From Zymomonas mobilis subsp. mobilis ATCC 10988 (lineage in GTDB: Bacteria > Pseudomonadota > Alphaproteobacteria > Sphingomonadales > Sphingomonadaceae): a DNA stretch of 32,000 bases. The notes beneath the pieces were generated by a model. The model saw only the letters and a program-made list of their open reading frames with translations. It ran no database searches and was not told the origin of the DNA. Position numbers and translations under genes: made by a program. Below, in pieces: positions 17,522 through 26,076 of this stretch (position 1 is the first letter of the stretch; each line of letters begins with the position of its first letter). The DNA lies in NCBI RefSeq assembly GCF_000175255.2, contig NC_017262.1, positions 150,001 through 182,000 of the forward strand, in the 5' to 3' direction.

Positions 17522-18259
17522 GTGTCTTATCAAGTTTGGCATGATATCATAGGAGGTAACTCTTCTATTTTGTTGATTGTTGATCATGCTTCAGCTTTTG
17601 TCCCTGAAGATATTGATTTGGGAATCGACAAAAGATTATATGATGAGCATGTTGCCGTTGATAAGGGCGTTCAGACATTAGGCGAGCAGCTATGTCAGGC
17701 GTTACAATGCAACGGGGTTTTTGCGGCTCAATCTCGATTGGTTGTCGATCTCAACCGTGATGAGAATGATTTTTTAGGGCTGATGCCCGCCATTTCTGAT
17801 GGCTATGTCATTCACGGGAATACAGGCTTGACCGCTGATGAAAAAGAAGCCCGTTTGTCGCGTTTCTATCGTCCCTATCACCAACATATTGATGATATTA
17901 TTCAAAAACAGCGACCCCGGCTGATTATCTCTTTGCATAGTTTTACGCCTTGCTTGAAAAGCGACCTAAATTGTTATCGACCATGGCAGATCGGTTTGCT
18001 CTACAATAATGATGACCGAGCGACACAGATTGCTATTCCGTTATTAAAGCAAGCCCACCTTGTTGTTGGCGAAAATGAGCCTTATTCTGGCCGCATTCTG
18101 AATACGACAATGAATCGCCATGCAGAAAATAACCGTATTCCTTACCTGCTTTTTGAAATAAGGCAGGATATGTTGGAAGAGGCTAATACAATCGGAAATT
18201 GGTGCGCAATTTTGAAAAAGGTTATTAACGAAACGCTTATCTCGTTAAAAAATAAGTGA
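17522..18259 (+). CDS. N-formylglutamate amidohydrolase (FGase) family protein
   Basis: Family motifs are present: LLIVDHAS, SRLVVDLNR, YRPYHQHI, SLHSFTP, NEPYSG and FEIRQD. The start is GTG with GAGG 7 nt upstream. Confidence 0.8.
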   Translation: MSYQVWHDIIGGNSSILLIVDHASAFVPEDIDLGIDKRLYDEHVAVDKGVQTLGEQLCQALQCNGVFAAQSRLVVDLNRDENDFLGLMPAISDGYVIHGNTGLTADEKEARLSRFYRPYHQHIDDIIQKQRPRLIISLHSFTPCLKSDLNCYRPWQIGLLYNNDDRATQIAIPLLKQAHLVVGENEPYSGRILNTTMNRHAENNRIPYLLFEIRQDMLEEANTIGNWCAILKKVINETLISLKNK

Positions 18260-18277
18260 TAAATATTCGGTGGACAC

Positions 18278-18303
18278 CACAGGTTAAAAAAACCATGTGT
18301 TTT
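18278..18303 (+). terminator. Candidate terminator after the FGase-family gene
   Basis: The stem cacaggtt / aaccatgtg has 8 bp with one bulge and a 5-nt A loop, followed by tttt. Confidence 0.45.
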
Positions 18304-18403
18304 AGCTTTCCACTTTTAATATAAAAATTAAGTTTTTTTATCCTGCTATTACGGGCATATTTCTTTTCTCTATCGGGAAAGAGAATAATTTTTATTACCC
18401 TTG

Positions 18404-18431
18404 TTGACGCGATAGATATCATCCATATAGG
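18404..18431 (+). promoter_or_regulatory. Candidate sigma70-type promoter for nnr (TTGACG-N16-TATAGG)
   Basis: The hexamers were read by eye at 18404-18409 and 18426-18431. There is no experimental or comparative support. Confidence 0.25.
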
Positions 18432-18618
18432 CGCTAAACATAAGATATTAAATTTAAGGTATTAGTTCGATATACCGGAAGATGCACAAACAGGGCTTTA
18501 AACCTTTTCTTGTCCTCAATTTGAGGCCTTATCCTTGCATCATAGCAAGGGTAGATGTTTATTTCTCTGTTATGTGAAATTATTACAAATTCCGGTGCCA
18601 GAAGTGAGCGCCATAGCT

Positions 18619-20073
18619 ATGACTATATCCAAACTAGAAACATTGCCACAGCATGATCGTTCGATCAGATCATCCGCTCTAAATCCACGCCCTATTTTAC
18701 GACTACAGGCAATGAGAGCGGCAGAAATGGCAGCTATGAAATGCGGTAGCTCAGTAGATGATTTAATGGAAAAAGCCGGTAAGGTTGCCGCTTCTATCAC
18801 ACGTTCTTTTGCTGGGAACATGCCTGCTCTGATCCTTTGTGGCCCCGGCAACAATGGTGGCGATGGATATGTGGTTGCCCGTTATTTAGCAGAATGGGGG
18901 ATTCCTGTCTCGGTTGCAGCCTATAGTGAGCCAAAGACTGATGCAGCGAAAAAAGCCCGTTCTCTTTTCTCTGGTAAAGTTACTTCTTTGGATGAAGCCG
19001 AAGCGGCACCTTTGCTTATTGATGCTTTATTCGGTGTTGGCATGTCTCGGTCGTTGGATAATGCCCTATTATCAAAATTAACAGCTTTATCGAAAGCCGC
19101 CTCGTTGCGCATCGCTATTGACGTCCCAAGTGGGGTCGATACTGATAAAGGTAGTTTATTATCTGATATTCCGGCTTTTGATCTGACAATTGCTATCGGA
19201 GCATTAAAGCCGGCTCACCGTTTGGAACCGTCCGCAACTATTTGTGGTCGGGTTGCAGTCGGGGATATTGATCTGACCATATCAAATCCCGATCTGATTG
19301 AAATACCCAAACCCCGTTTGGCAGCACCAACACCTGCTGATTATAAGTATAGCAGAGGCTATGTTGCGATTACAGCTGGCGCTATGGCCGGAGCTTCGCT
19401 TTTGTCTGCAGTTGCCGCACAGCGGGCAGGGGCGGGTTATGTCGCTCTGTTAGGCGGTGAAACCATTTCTGGCCCCATGGCTTTGGTGCATCGTTCATGG
19501 AGCCGCGAAGCTTTAGCGGACGAACGTATCAATGCGCTTGTTATTGGCCCTGGACTAGGAAGAGATGAATTAGGCGTTCAACGCCTTTCCATGGCTTTAG
19601 ACACCTCTCATCCCTTGGTATTGGATGCGGATGCATTATTTTTATTAAGCCGTGAAGGCTTGGATTGCTTACGGAATATCCAACAACCAACAATTATTAC
19701 TCCCCATGAAGGCGAGTTTAAACGTCTGTTTGAAGGAATTAGTGGCGATAAGTTGACCCGAGTGACCAAAGCGGCGGCGTTATCGGGTTTGGTCGTCGTT
19801 TTGAAGGGGGCCGATACCGTTATTGCAACCCCTGATGGTCGTGCCGCGATTTCCCAACCTGCCGTTTCATGGTTGGCCAATGCCGGAACCGGTGATGTCC
19901 TTTCGGGTATCTGTGGTGCTATGTTAGCGCGCGGTATGGATCCCTTCGATGCCGCCTGTACCGCAGTGTGGTTGCATGGTGAAGCGGCACGCCTAGCTGG
20001 TCCCGGAATGATTGCTGATGACCTGATCCATCACCTTCGTTCAGCCTTTGTGGAAGTAACAGTAGCCTCATGA
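18619..20073 (+). CDS. nnr: Bifunctional NAD(P)H-hydrate epimerase / ADP-dependent dehydratase
   Basis: A YjeF_N half (LCGPGNNGGDGYVVARYL) and a C-terminal kinase-like half (NAGTGDVLSG). I prefer the ATG at 18619 (MTISKLETLPQ). The ORF-track TTG at 18535 adds a Cys/Leu-rich 28 aa with no homology signal. Confidence 0.85.
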   Translation: MTISKLETLPQHDRSIRSSALNPRPILRLQAMRAAEMAAMKCGSSVDDLMEKAGKVAASITRSFAGNMPALILCGPGNNGGDGYVVARYLAEWGIPVSVAAYSEPKTDAAKKARSLFSGKVTSLDEAEAAPLLIDALFGVGMSRSLDNALLSKLTALSKAASLRIAIDVPSGVDTDKGSLLSDIPAFDLTIAIGALKPAHRLEPSATICGRVAVGDIDLTISNPDLIEIPKPRLAAPTPADYKYSRGYVAITAGAMAGASLLSAVAAQRAGAGYVALLGGETISGPMALVHRSWSREALADERINALVIGPGLGRDELGVQRLSMALDTSHPLVLDADALFLLSREGLDCLRNIQQPTIITPHEGEFKRLFEGISGDKLTRVTKAAALSGLVVVLKGADTVIATPDGRAAISQPAVSWLANAGTGDVLSGICGAMLARGMDPFDAACTAVWLHGEAARLAGPGMIADDLIHHLRSAFVEVTVAS

Positions 20074-21263
20074 AAAAAATTATACGCTTGGCATCAAAGG
20101 GAGACGGTGTGACTGAAGATGGGCAATTTGTCCCTAATTCGGTTCCCGATGACTATATATCCGATGATGGTAAATTAGAATTCGGGGCGCATCATATTGA
20201 ACCCGTTTGTCGGCATTTCTCTGTCTGCGGCGGTTGCCGTTTACAATATGCGGATGAAGAAGTTTATAAAAATTTTCTTACCGACCGGATAGCCGAGGCT
20301 TTCCATCAGCAAGCTTTATCGGCTCCCGTGTTAAAAACAGCTCATCTGTCGCCCCCGTATAGTCGTCGAAGAGTAGCCTTGAGAGCGTTTAAGGCCGGTA
20401 AAAAGCTGACCTTGGGCTATAACAAAACCTCTAGCCACCAATTGGTGGATATCGTTGAATGTCCTTTATTGGACAAAAATCTGTTTAAGGCCGCCATGGA
20501 TTTGCGCAGTTTTTTGCAAAAATGGCTGGCTCCACGATCTTTAGCACAGATAGAAATGACGTTAGCAGATCAAGGAATTGACTGCTTGCTCGTTATGCCA
20601 TTCCCTGAAACGCTTGAAGCAACCGAAGCAATTACCGCTTTTGCAGCAGAGAAAGGTTTCGCTCGTCTTTCAATCGACCAAGGCTATGGCGTTGAAACGC
20701 GTTGGGAATCGGAACGGGTTACTGTAACATTAGGCGCTGTACCTGTTGCGTTGCCCGCACATGCCTTTTTACAGGCGACCAAGGATGGCGAACAGACTTT
20801 AGTCCATATGGTCAAAGAGGCTGTTGGCGATGCCCGTTTTGTAGCTGACCTTTTTTCGGGTTTAGGAACCTTTGCCCTTTCTTTTGAAAAAGATAAACGC
20901 GTCTATGCCGCTGAAGGTATGCGTGATGCTGTTCTTGCTTTAAAACAGGCCGCAGCCCTTGCTGGAAAGGCTGTTTTTGTTGAGCATCGAGATCTATTCC
21001 GCCGCCCTTTACAAAAAGATGAGTTGGTTCGGTTCGAATGTATTATTCTTGATCCGCCAAGGGCTGGCGCCAAAGAGCAAATAGCCAATTTAGCCATATT
21101 GCCTAATGGACGGATTGTTTACGTTTCTTGTAACCCTGCAACCTTTGCCCGTGACGCTAAAACACTTTTGGAAGCTGGATGGGTATTGCATTGGGTGAAG
21201 CCAGTTGGCCAATTCCCATGGTCCTTGCATGTTGAAATGGTCGGACTTTTTACAAAAATGTAA
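20070..21263 (+). CDS. SAM-dependent RNA (uracil-5)-methyltransferase, RlmD/RumA/TrmA family
   Basis: A Cys cluster CRHFSVCGGCRLQY, the SAM motif DLFSGLGTFAL, then ILDPPRAGA and VSCNPATFARD. The start overlaps the nnr stop as ATGA (20070-20073). Confidence 0.8.
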   Translation: MKKIIRLASKGDGVTEDGQFVPNSVPDDYISDDGKLEFGAHHIEPVCRHFSVCGGCRLQYADEEVYKNFLTDRIAEAFHQQALSAPVLKTAHLSPPYSRRRVALRAFKAGKKLTLGYNKTSSHQLVDIVECPLLDKNLFKAAMDLRSFLQKWLAPRSLAQIEMTLADQGIDCLLVMPFPETLEATEAITAFAAEKGFARLSIDQGYGVETRWESERVTVTLGAVPVALPAHAFLQATKDGEQTLVHMVKEAVGDARFVADLFSGLGTFALSFEKDKRVYAAEGMRDAVLALKQAAALAGKAVFVEHRDLFRRPLQKDELVRFECIILDPPRAGAKEQIANLAILPNGRIVYVSCNPATFARDAKTLLEAGWVLHWVKPVGQFPWSLHVEMVGLFTKM

Positions 21264-21317
21264 AATTTATGGTATGATCTTACCCCAATATTTTATGGTA
21301 ATAAAGGCAACAGCGGA

Positions 21318-21692
21318 ATGCAAAACGATCAGGATTATGGAAATAAATTAAATCCTGCATGGGATGAAAAGGGTTTAATTACAGCCGTTTTGACCGATGC
21401 AAAGACCGGCCTTTTATTGATGGTCGCCCATATGAACAAAGAATCCTTTGAACTGAGTATGGCAACCAAAGAGGCTACCTTCTGGTCACGCTCTCGCAAA
21501 AAGATCTGGCGCAAGGGAGAAGAATCCGGTCATGTTATGAAAATACAGGAAATTCGTATTGATTGTGATCAGGATACCCTTTGGTTGAAAGTTATCCCTA
21601 TGGGACCGGCCTGCCATACAGGTGCACAAAGTTGTTTTTATCGGTTAGTCGAAGATGGACATCTGGTAACAATACCCAAAGATAAAATATAA
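21318..21692 (+). CDS. hisI: Phosphoribosyl-AMP cyclohydrolase (monofunctional)
   Basis: ATFWSRSRKKIWRKGEESGH, IDCDQDTLWL and GPACHTGAQSCF are present. Length is 124 aa. Confidence 0.9.
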   Translation: MQNDQDYGNKLNPAWDEKGLITAVLTDAKTGLLLMVAHMNKESFELSMATKEATFWSRSRKKIWRKGEESGHVMKIQEIRIDCDQDTLWLKVIPMGPACHTGAQSCFYRLVEDGHLVTIPKDKI

Positions 21693-21719
21693 GAACCAAT
21701 AGAATATAGGGGAAAAAGC

Positions 21720-22445
21720 ATGGCAAGCCAGACGATTATGATCGTCGAAGACGATGCTTCTTTACGAGCGTTAATTGCTCGCGTGCTGAAAGAGAATGGC
21801 TACATACCTTGTCCAGTAGGCTCTGGCGAAGAAATGTGGGAAGAGTTACAAAGCCGAACGGTCGATCTTATTTTAATGGATGTCATGCTGCCTGGTAAAA
21901 ACGGGTTGGATCTAACTCGCGAATTACGCAGCAACAGCCAATATATGGCAATTCCGGTTATTTTCTTGAGTGCGCGCGATGACGAAACTGATCGAGTTGT
22001 CGGATTAGAACTGGGTGGGGATGATTATATCCCGAAGCCTTTTGGTAAAAAAGAATTGGTAGCAAGAGTTCGTGCCGTTTTGCGACGCAGTCAAGCGGTT
22101 AAAGAAGCGGATGGGAATCCACAAAGTCACCTTATTCATTTTGAAGGCTGGGTACTTGACCCTGACCGCCGTGAACTTCATTCTCCGACAGGGGCTGGCG
22201 TCGAATTGTCAGGTGCCGAATTTGATCTGCTCTTATCCTTTTTACAACATGCACAACGAGTGATCGGACGCGAAAGGCTGTTAGAATTATCTCGCAGTCG
22301 GCTAAGCGAGGCTTCTGACCGAAGTATTGATGTTTTAGTCAGTCGATTGCGTCGTAAACTGTCTAGCCAAACAGAGGCTGGTGACATGATACGCACCATT
22401 CGCGGGGTCGGCTATATGTTTACAGTACCGGTTTCTCAGGATTGA
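21720..22445 (+). CDS. OmpR/PhoB-family response regulator
   Basis: A receiver domain (IVEDD, DLILMDVMLPG, DDYIPKPF) plus a winged-helix output domain (LTPAEF-like SGAEFDLL, IRTIRGVGY). An agggga SD-like sequence lies upstream. Confidence 0.92.
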   Translation: MASQTIMIVEDDASLRALIARVLKENGYIPCPVGSGEEMWEELQSRTVDLILMDVMLPGKNGLDLTRELRSNSQYMAIPVIFLSARDDETDRVVGLELGGDDYIPKPFGKKELVARVRAVLRRSQAVKEADGNPQSHLIHFEGWVLDPDRRELHSPTGAGVELSGAEFDLLLSFLQHAQRVIGRERLLELSRSRLSEASDRSIDVLVSRLRRKLSSQTEAGDMIRTIRGVGYMFTVPVSQD

Positions 22446-23860
22446 GGTGGCCTCATAATCTTTTTCGGCAGCTTTCGCCGGGTTTAGCCGGAAGGATTGC
22501 AATTGTTCTTTTGGCAACGATGTTGCTTGAATTACTGCTCAGCCTCGTCTTTTCGGAAGAGGCGAGCCAACTTACCTATGTTGCGGATGCCACTCAGGCT
22601 ATTACCGAACGGGTGCTGGTCGCAAGGCGGATTATCAGTCAGGATAGGCCGTCACGACGTCCGATGATTGCCAATAATTTTTCCAATCGAGAAATCCGTT
22701 TTTTTTGGTCTCGTGATCAAATTAAACATATTCATATCAATAGCGACAGCCATCTGGTTGATCTGATCCAAGGTCAAATTCTAAGCCACGATTCCCAAAT
22801 ATTGCCTATGGATATTCATATAGATCTTGCCCCTAAATTGGGACGGGATCACTTATTGGGTCAAATAAAGCTATCCGATGGAAGCTGGCTAGTTTTCCAA
22901 ACATTGGTACCCAATCCAGCTATGCCTTGGCTAACTAATCGCCTCACAACAGCTATCATTCTTGTTATTGGCGCTGGATTAGTCGGTGGATTAATCATCC
23001 AAGCCTTTGTGACGCCCTTACGCTCTCTCTCCAAAGCCGTTGCCAAGGTTGGTGATGGGAAACAGCATATATTCAAAGAAACAGGACCTAAAGAATTACG
23101 GCATGTCGCGCAGGCCTTTAACCAGATGCAAATGCGCATTGAGCATATGCTACGGGAAAGAACCGAAATGCTGGCCGCCGTTAGCCATGATTTACGGACA
23201 CCACTTGCCCGTTTGCAATTACGGGCAAGTTTTATTGAAGAAGATGACATCCGTGAAGCTGTAGAGGCTGACCTTCAAGAGATGGCCACGATGATTAAAT
23301 CTGTCCTGCAATTTCTGCGCGGTGATCAAGATCCTGAAGTTAAAAGATTAACCGATATTGTGGCGATTATCGAAACCTTGGTCAATGCAGCTAAAGATGC
23401 AGGAAAAGATATTTCTTATGAAGGACCTTCCCATTACGATGTAACAACTCGCCCTCTTCTTATGAAACGCGCCATTAGTAATCTGATCGAAAATGCTCTT
23501 CATTATGGAAAAAAGGCGATTGTTCGCTTCCATCATGATGAAAATGGAGTGTATATCCAAGTTGATGATGCCGGACCCGGTATTCCAGAAGATCAGATCG
23601 AACAAGTCTTGCAACCTTTCCGGCGATTGGATACAGCCCGCCAACGCAATACGGCTGGCCTTGGGTTAGGATTGGCGACTGTCGATCGGACGGTAAAAAG
23701 AGAAGAGGGCAAACTGTCTCTAACCAATCTTCAAGAAGGCGGTTTACGAGCAGAAATATTTCTGCCAGCAGCGCAGAATAAAATACGTAAAAAGGATGGG
23801 GGAAAAGGCTATTATTTTTCAGCACGCAAAGGATTGGAACTGCTTCGTCGGCCAAAATAA
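22442..23860 (+). CDS. Sensor histidine kinase (two TM segments, periplasmic loop, HAMP, HisKA, HATPase_c)
   Basis: H-box AAVSHDLRTPL, N-box NLIENALHYG, G1 DDAGPGI and G2 GLGLGLA. Hydrophobic segments RIAIVLLATMLLELLLSLVF and TTAIILVIGAGLVGGLIIQAF flank a loop of about 130 aa. A TTG start overlapping the regulator stop is inferred. Confidence 0.88.
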   Translation: MRWPHNLFRQLSPGLAGRIAIVLLATMLLELLLSLVFSEEASQLTYVADATQAITERVLVARRIISQDRPSRRPMIANNFSNREIRFFWSRDQIKHIHINSDSHLVDLIQGQILSHDSQILPMDIHIDLAPKLGRDHLLGQIKLSDGSWLVFQTLVPNPAMPWLTNRLTTAIILVIGAGLVGGLIIQAFVTPLRSLSKAVAKVGDGKQHIFKETGPKELRHVAQAFNQMQMRIEHMLRERTEMLAAVSHDLRTPLARLQLRASFIEEDDIREAVEADLQEMATMIKSVLQFLRGDQDPEVKRLTDIVAIIETLVNAAKDAGKDISYEGPSHYDVTTRPLLMKRAISNLIENALHYGKKAIVRFHHDENGVYIQVDDAGPGIPEDQIEQVLQPFRRLDTARQRNTAGLGLGLATVDRTVKREEGKLSLTNLQEGGLRAEIFLPAAQNKIRKKDGGKGYYFSARKGLELLRRPK

Positions 23861-26076
23861 TGCTTTTTAGACATTATTTCCGTCAAATACATCGAATATG
23901 TTTACTTTCTGTTGGGTTGATATCGCTTTCAGCCCATGCTGAAGACGTATCCACTCCAAAAACAGATAGCGGTAATAAAGCAGCGTCACCTAATCCTGCC
24001 ATTGACCCTTTTGATCCGTCATTTTTTGATCATTTGCCGACGTTATCCCAACCTTCCATAGAAGCCTCTAAAGCAGATGGATCATCCCATTTACCCTTAA
24101 GAACATCAGAATCTTCATCTCAAGGAGAAAATTCTAATGGCAGAGGGGTTAAAGCTTTAGACACCGAAACTGTTTCAGATCCGAAGAACCTCTTGGCTAA
24201 TTCTGACGCATCAGAAGAAAAAACGGCACAGAATATCGAAGAGACAACTTCTGTTACGCTTGATCCTGCCTTATCAGAACCACTGCCCGACCTTTCTCAC
24301 TTTATGCCTGATATGAATGAACATGTGGTTCTTGCCAAAGAAAGTGACGACCTCCGATACAAGGTAGATGCCAAAGGTCTCAGCAATATCGATACTGATC
24401 AGGCTTTCAAAAACTATTCTGTTTTACTATCGAATAAGAATAAGGCCGATAGCCTATCGGTTATTGGTGCTAGAGCAACCAATGACCAAGAGTTGATTAA
24501 CCGGATTTTACGATCTCAAGGCTATTATGATGGCAAGGCAGCTCTTTCTATTACTCCGATAGAAAAAGGGCAGTATAATGTTCGCTATGATGTCAATGCA
24601 GGTTCGATCTACAAGCTAGGACAAATAAATTTGACCGGCAGTGAGGATGAACCTCTAAGAATTGCCCGCGTCGCATTAAATTTGCATAGAGGGGATCCGA
24701 TTATTGCGACCCATATAGAGCAGGCTGAAAATAATATTCTCATAACTCTGCCGCATTATGGTTATCCTTTTGCAAAAATTGGCGATCGGACAATCCTGCT
24801 GGATGATGAAACGCATACAGGTGACTATACATTACCCGTAAATGCAGGAAATATTGGATCTTACGGTTCTATTATCGTTAGCAACAATAAGCATATTGTT
24901 CTGGATGCCAAACACATCTCTCATATTGCGCGTTTTAAAGAAGGTCAGCGCTATGATAGCCAGATGGTTGATGATCTCCGCCAAGCTCTAGCGGCAACCA
25001 GTCTATTTTCTTATGTTTCAGTTGAACCCATTGCAACAGGCCGAAAACGCGAAGATGGAAGCGAAATTGTGGATCTCGACGTTAGGCAGGGACGAGGAAA
25101 GAAACACAGCATTGCTGTTACGGGTGGTTATGGCACGGGTGAGGGCTTTAAGGCGCAAGGTAGCTGGATCAGCCGTAATTATTTCCCACCCGAGGGATCA
25201 TTAACTTTTTCGGGGATTTTGGGGACTCGCCAACAACAGCTTTCTGCTCTCTTTAACCGAAATAATGCTGGGGCAAGAGACCGTGTTATTCAAATTGGTT
25301 TGACTGCAGGTCGGGAGAGATACGACGCTTATAATGGTTATAGCTTTTCTCTCGGAGGGAGCTTGTCGCGACAATCTACCCAGTTATGGCAAAAGCGCTG
25401 GACTTATTCTATCGGAGCAGAATTAACACAGACCAACGAGCGGAGTTATGATTTCTCTCGATCCGAAAGATTAACCCGTTCTTATCTGATCGCGGCGCTT
25501 CCCGGACAATTGGGATATGACCGCTCCAACAATCTGATGAATCCAACTAAAGGTTACCGCTTGAATATGCGTTTGAGTCCTGAAACTTCAATCGGTTCTG
25601 GGCTACGTGGCTATGTCCGAATGCTTTTCGATGCGAGCGGTTACTACCCTGTAGCAGATAATGTTGTGCTGGCTGGTCGGTTTCGCGTTGCCTCTATTGA
25701 AGGTGCCTCGGTTCAAGAACTGGCGCCCTCTCGTCGGATTTATGCAGGTGGCGGCGGCTCTGTCCGTGGCTATGGTTATCAGCAGTTAGGCCCCAAAGAC
25801 CCATATAAAGATGCCGTGGGCGGACTGTCCGAAGAAGAGCTTGCTTTCGAAGTGCGTTACCGTTTTGGTAATTTTGGTCTTGTGCCTTTCATTGATGCAG
25901 GGCAGGTATATGAAGACGCTATCCCAACCTTCCATAATTTAAGATTTGGTACTGGTTTGGGTGCTCGTTACTACACCGCTTTTGGTCCTTTCCGCATTGA
26001 TCTTGCGACACCTATAGCTCGGCAGCCTGGAGAATCGCGTATTTCAGTATATATTTCGATCGGTCAGGCTTTCTAA
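23860..26076 (+). CDS. tamA: Omp85-family outer membrane protein, TamA-like (translocation and assembly module)
   Basis: A signal peptide ending SAHA-ED, POTRA-like repeats, and a C-terminal surface-antigen beta-barrel ending in Phe (SIGQAF). It sits directly upstream of tamB. The ATG shares one base with the kinase stop (TAATG). Confidence 0.85.
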   Translation: MLFRHYFRQIHRICLLSVGLISLSAHAEDVSTPKTDSGNKAASPNPAIDPFDPSFFDHLPTLSQPSIEASKADGSSHLPLRTSESSSQGENSNGRGVKALDTETVSDPKNLLANSDASEEKTAQNIEETTSVTLDPALSEPLPDLSHFMPDMNEHVVLAKESDDLRYKVDAKGLSNIDTDQAFKNYSVLLSNKNKADSLSVIGARATNDQELINRILRSQGYYDGKAALSITPIEKGQYNVRYDVNAGSIYKLGQINLTGSEDEPLRIARVALNLHRGDPIIATHIEQAENNILITLPHYGYPFAKIGDRTILLDDETHTGDYTLPVNAGNIGSYGSIIVSNNKHIVLDAKHISHIARFKEGQRYDSQMVDDLRQALAATSLFSYVSVEPIATGRKREDGSEIVDLDVRQGRGKKHSIAVTGGYGTGEGFKAQGSWISRNYFPPEGSLTFSGILGTRQQQLSALFNRNNAGARDRVIQIGLTAGRERYDAYNGYSFSLGGSLSRQSTQLWQKRWTYSIGAELTQTNERSYDFSRSERLTRSYLIAALPGQLGYDRSNNLMNPTKGYRLNMRLSPETSIGSGLRGYVRMLFDASGYYPVADNVVLAGRFRVASIEGASVQELAPSRRIYAGGGGSVRGYGYQQLGPKDPYKDAVGGLSEEELAFEVRYRFGNFGLVPFIDAGQVYEDAIPTFHNLRFGTGLGARYYTAFGPFRIDLATPIARQPGESRISVYISIGQAF

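Noticed and set aside
18237-18422. A 61-aa minus-strand ORF in the FGase / nnr spacer
   Set aside because: It is a Lys/Ile/Phe-rich translation of AT-rich DNA, it spans a candidate terminator, and it has no ribosome-binding site.
18535-18618. A TTG-initiated 28-aa N-terminal extension of Nnr
   Set aside because: The start codon lies inside a hairpin. The extension (MHHSKGRCLFLCYVKLLQIPVPEVSAIA) has no counterpart in YjeF_N domains as I know them, so I prefer the ATG at 18619.
22861-23855. Two ORFs of about 125 aa each antisense to the histidine kinase
   Set aside because: They are embedded in a kinase gene with complete H, N, G1 and G2 boxes, and they have no independent signals.
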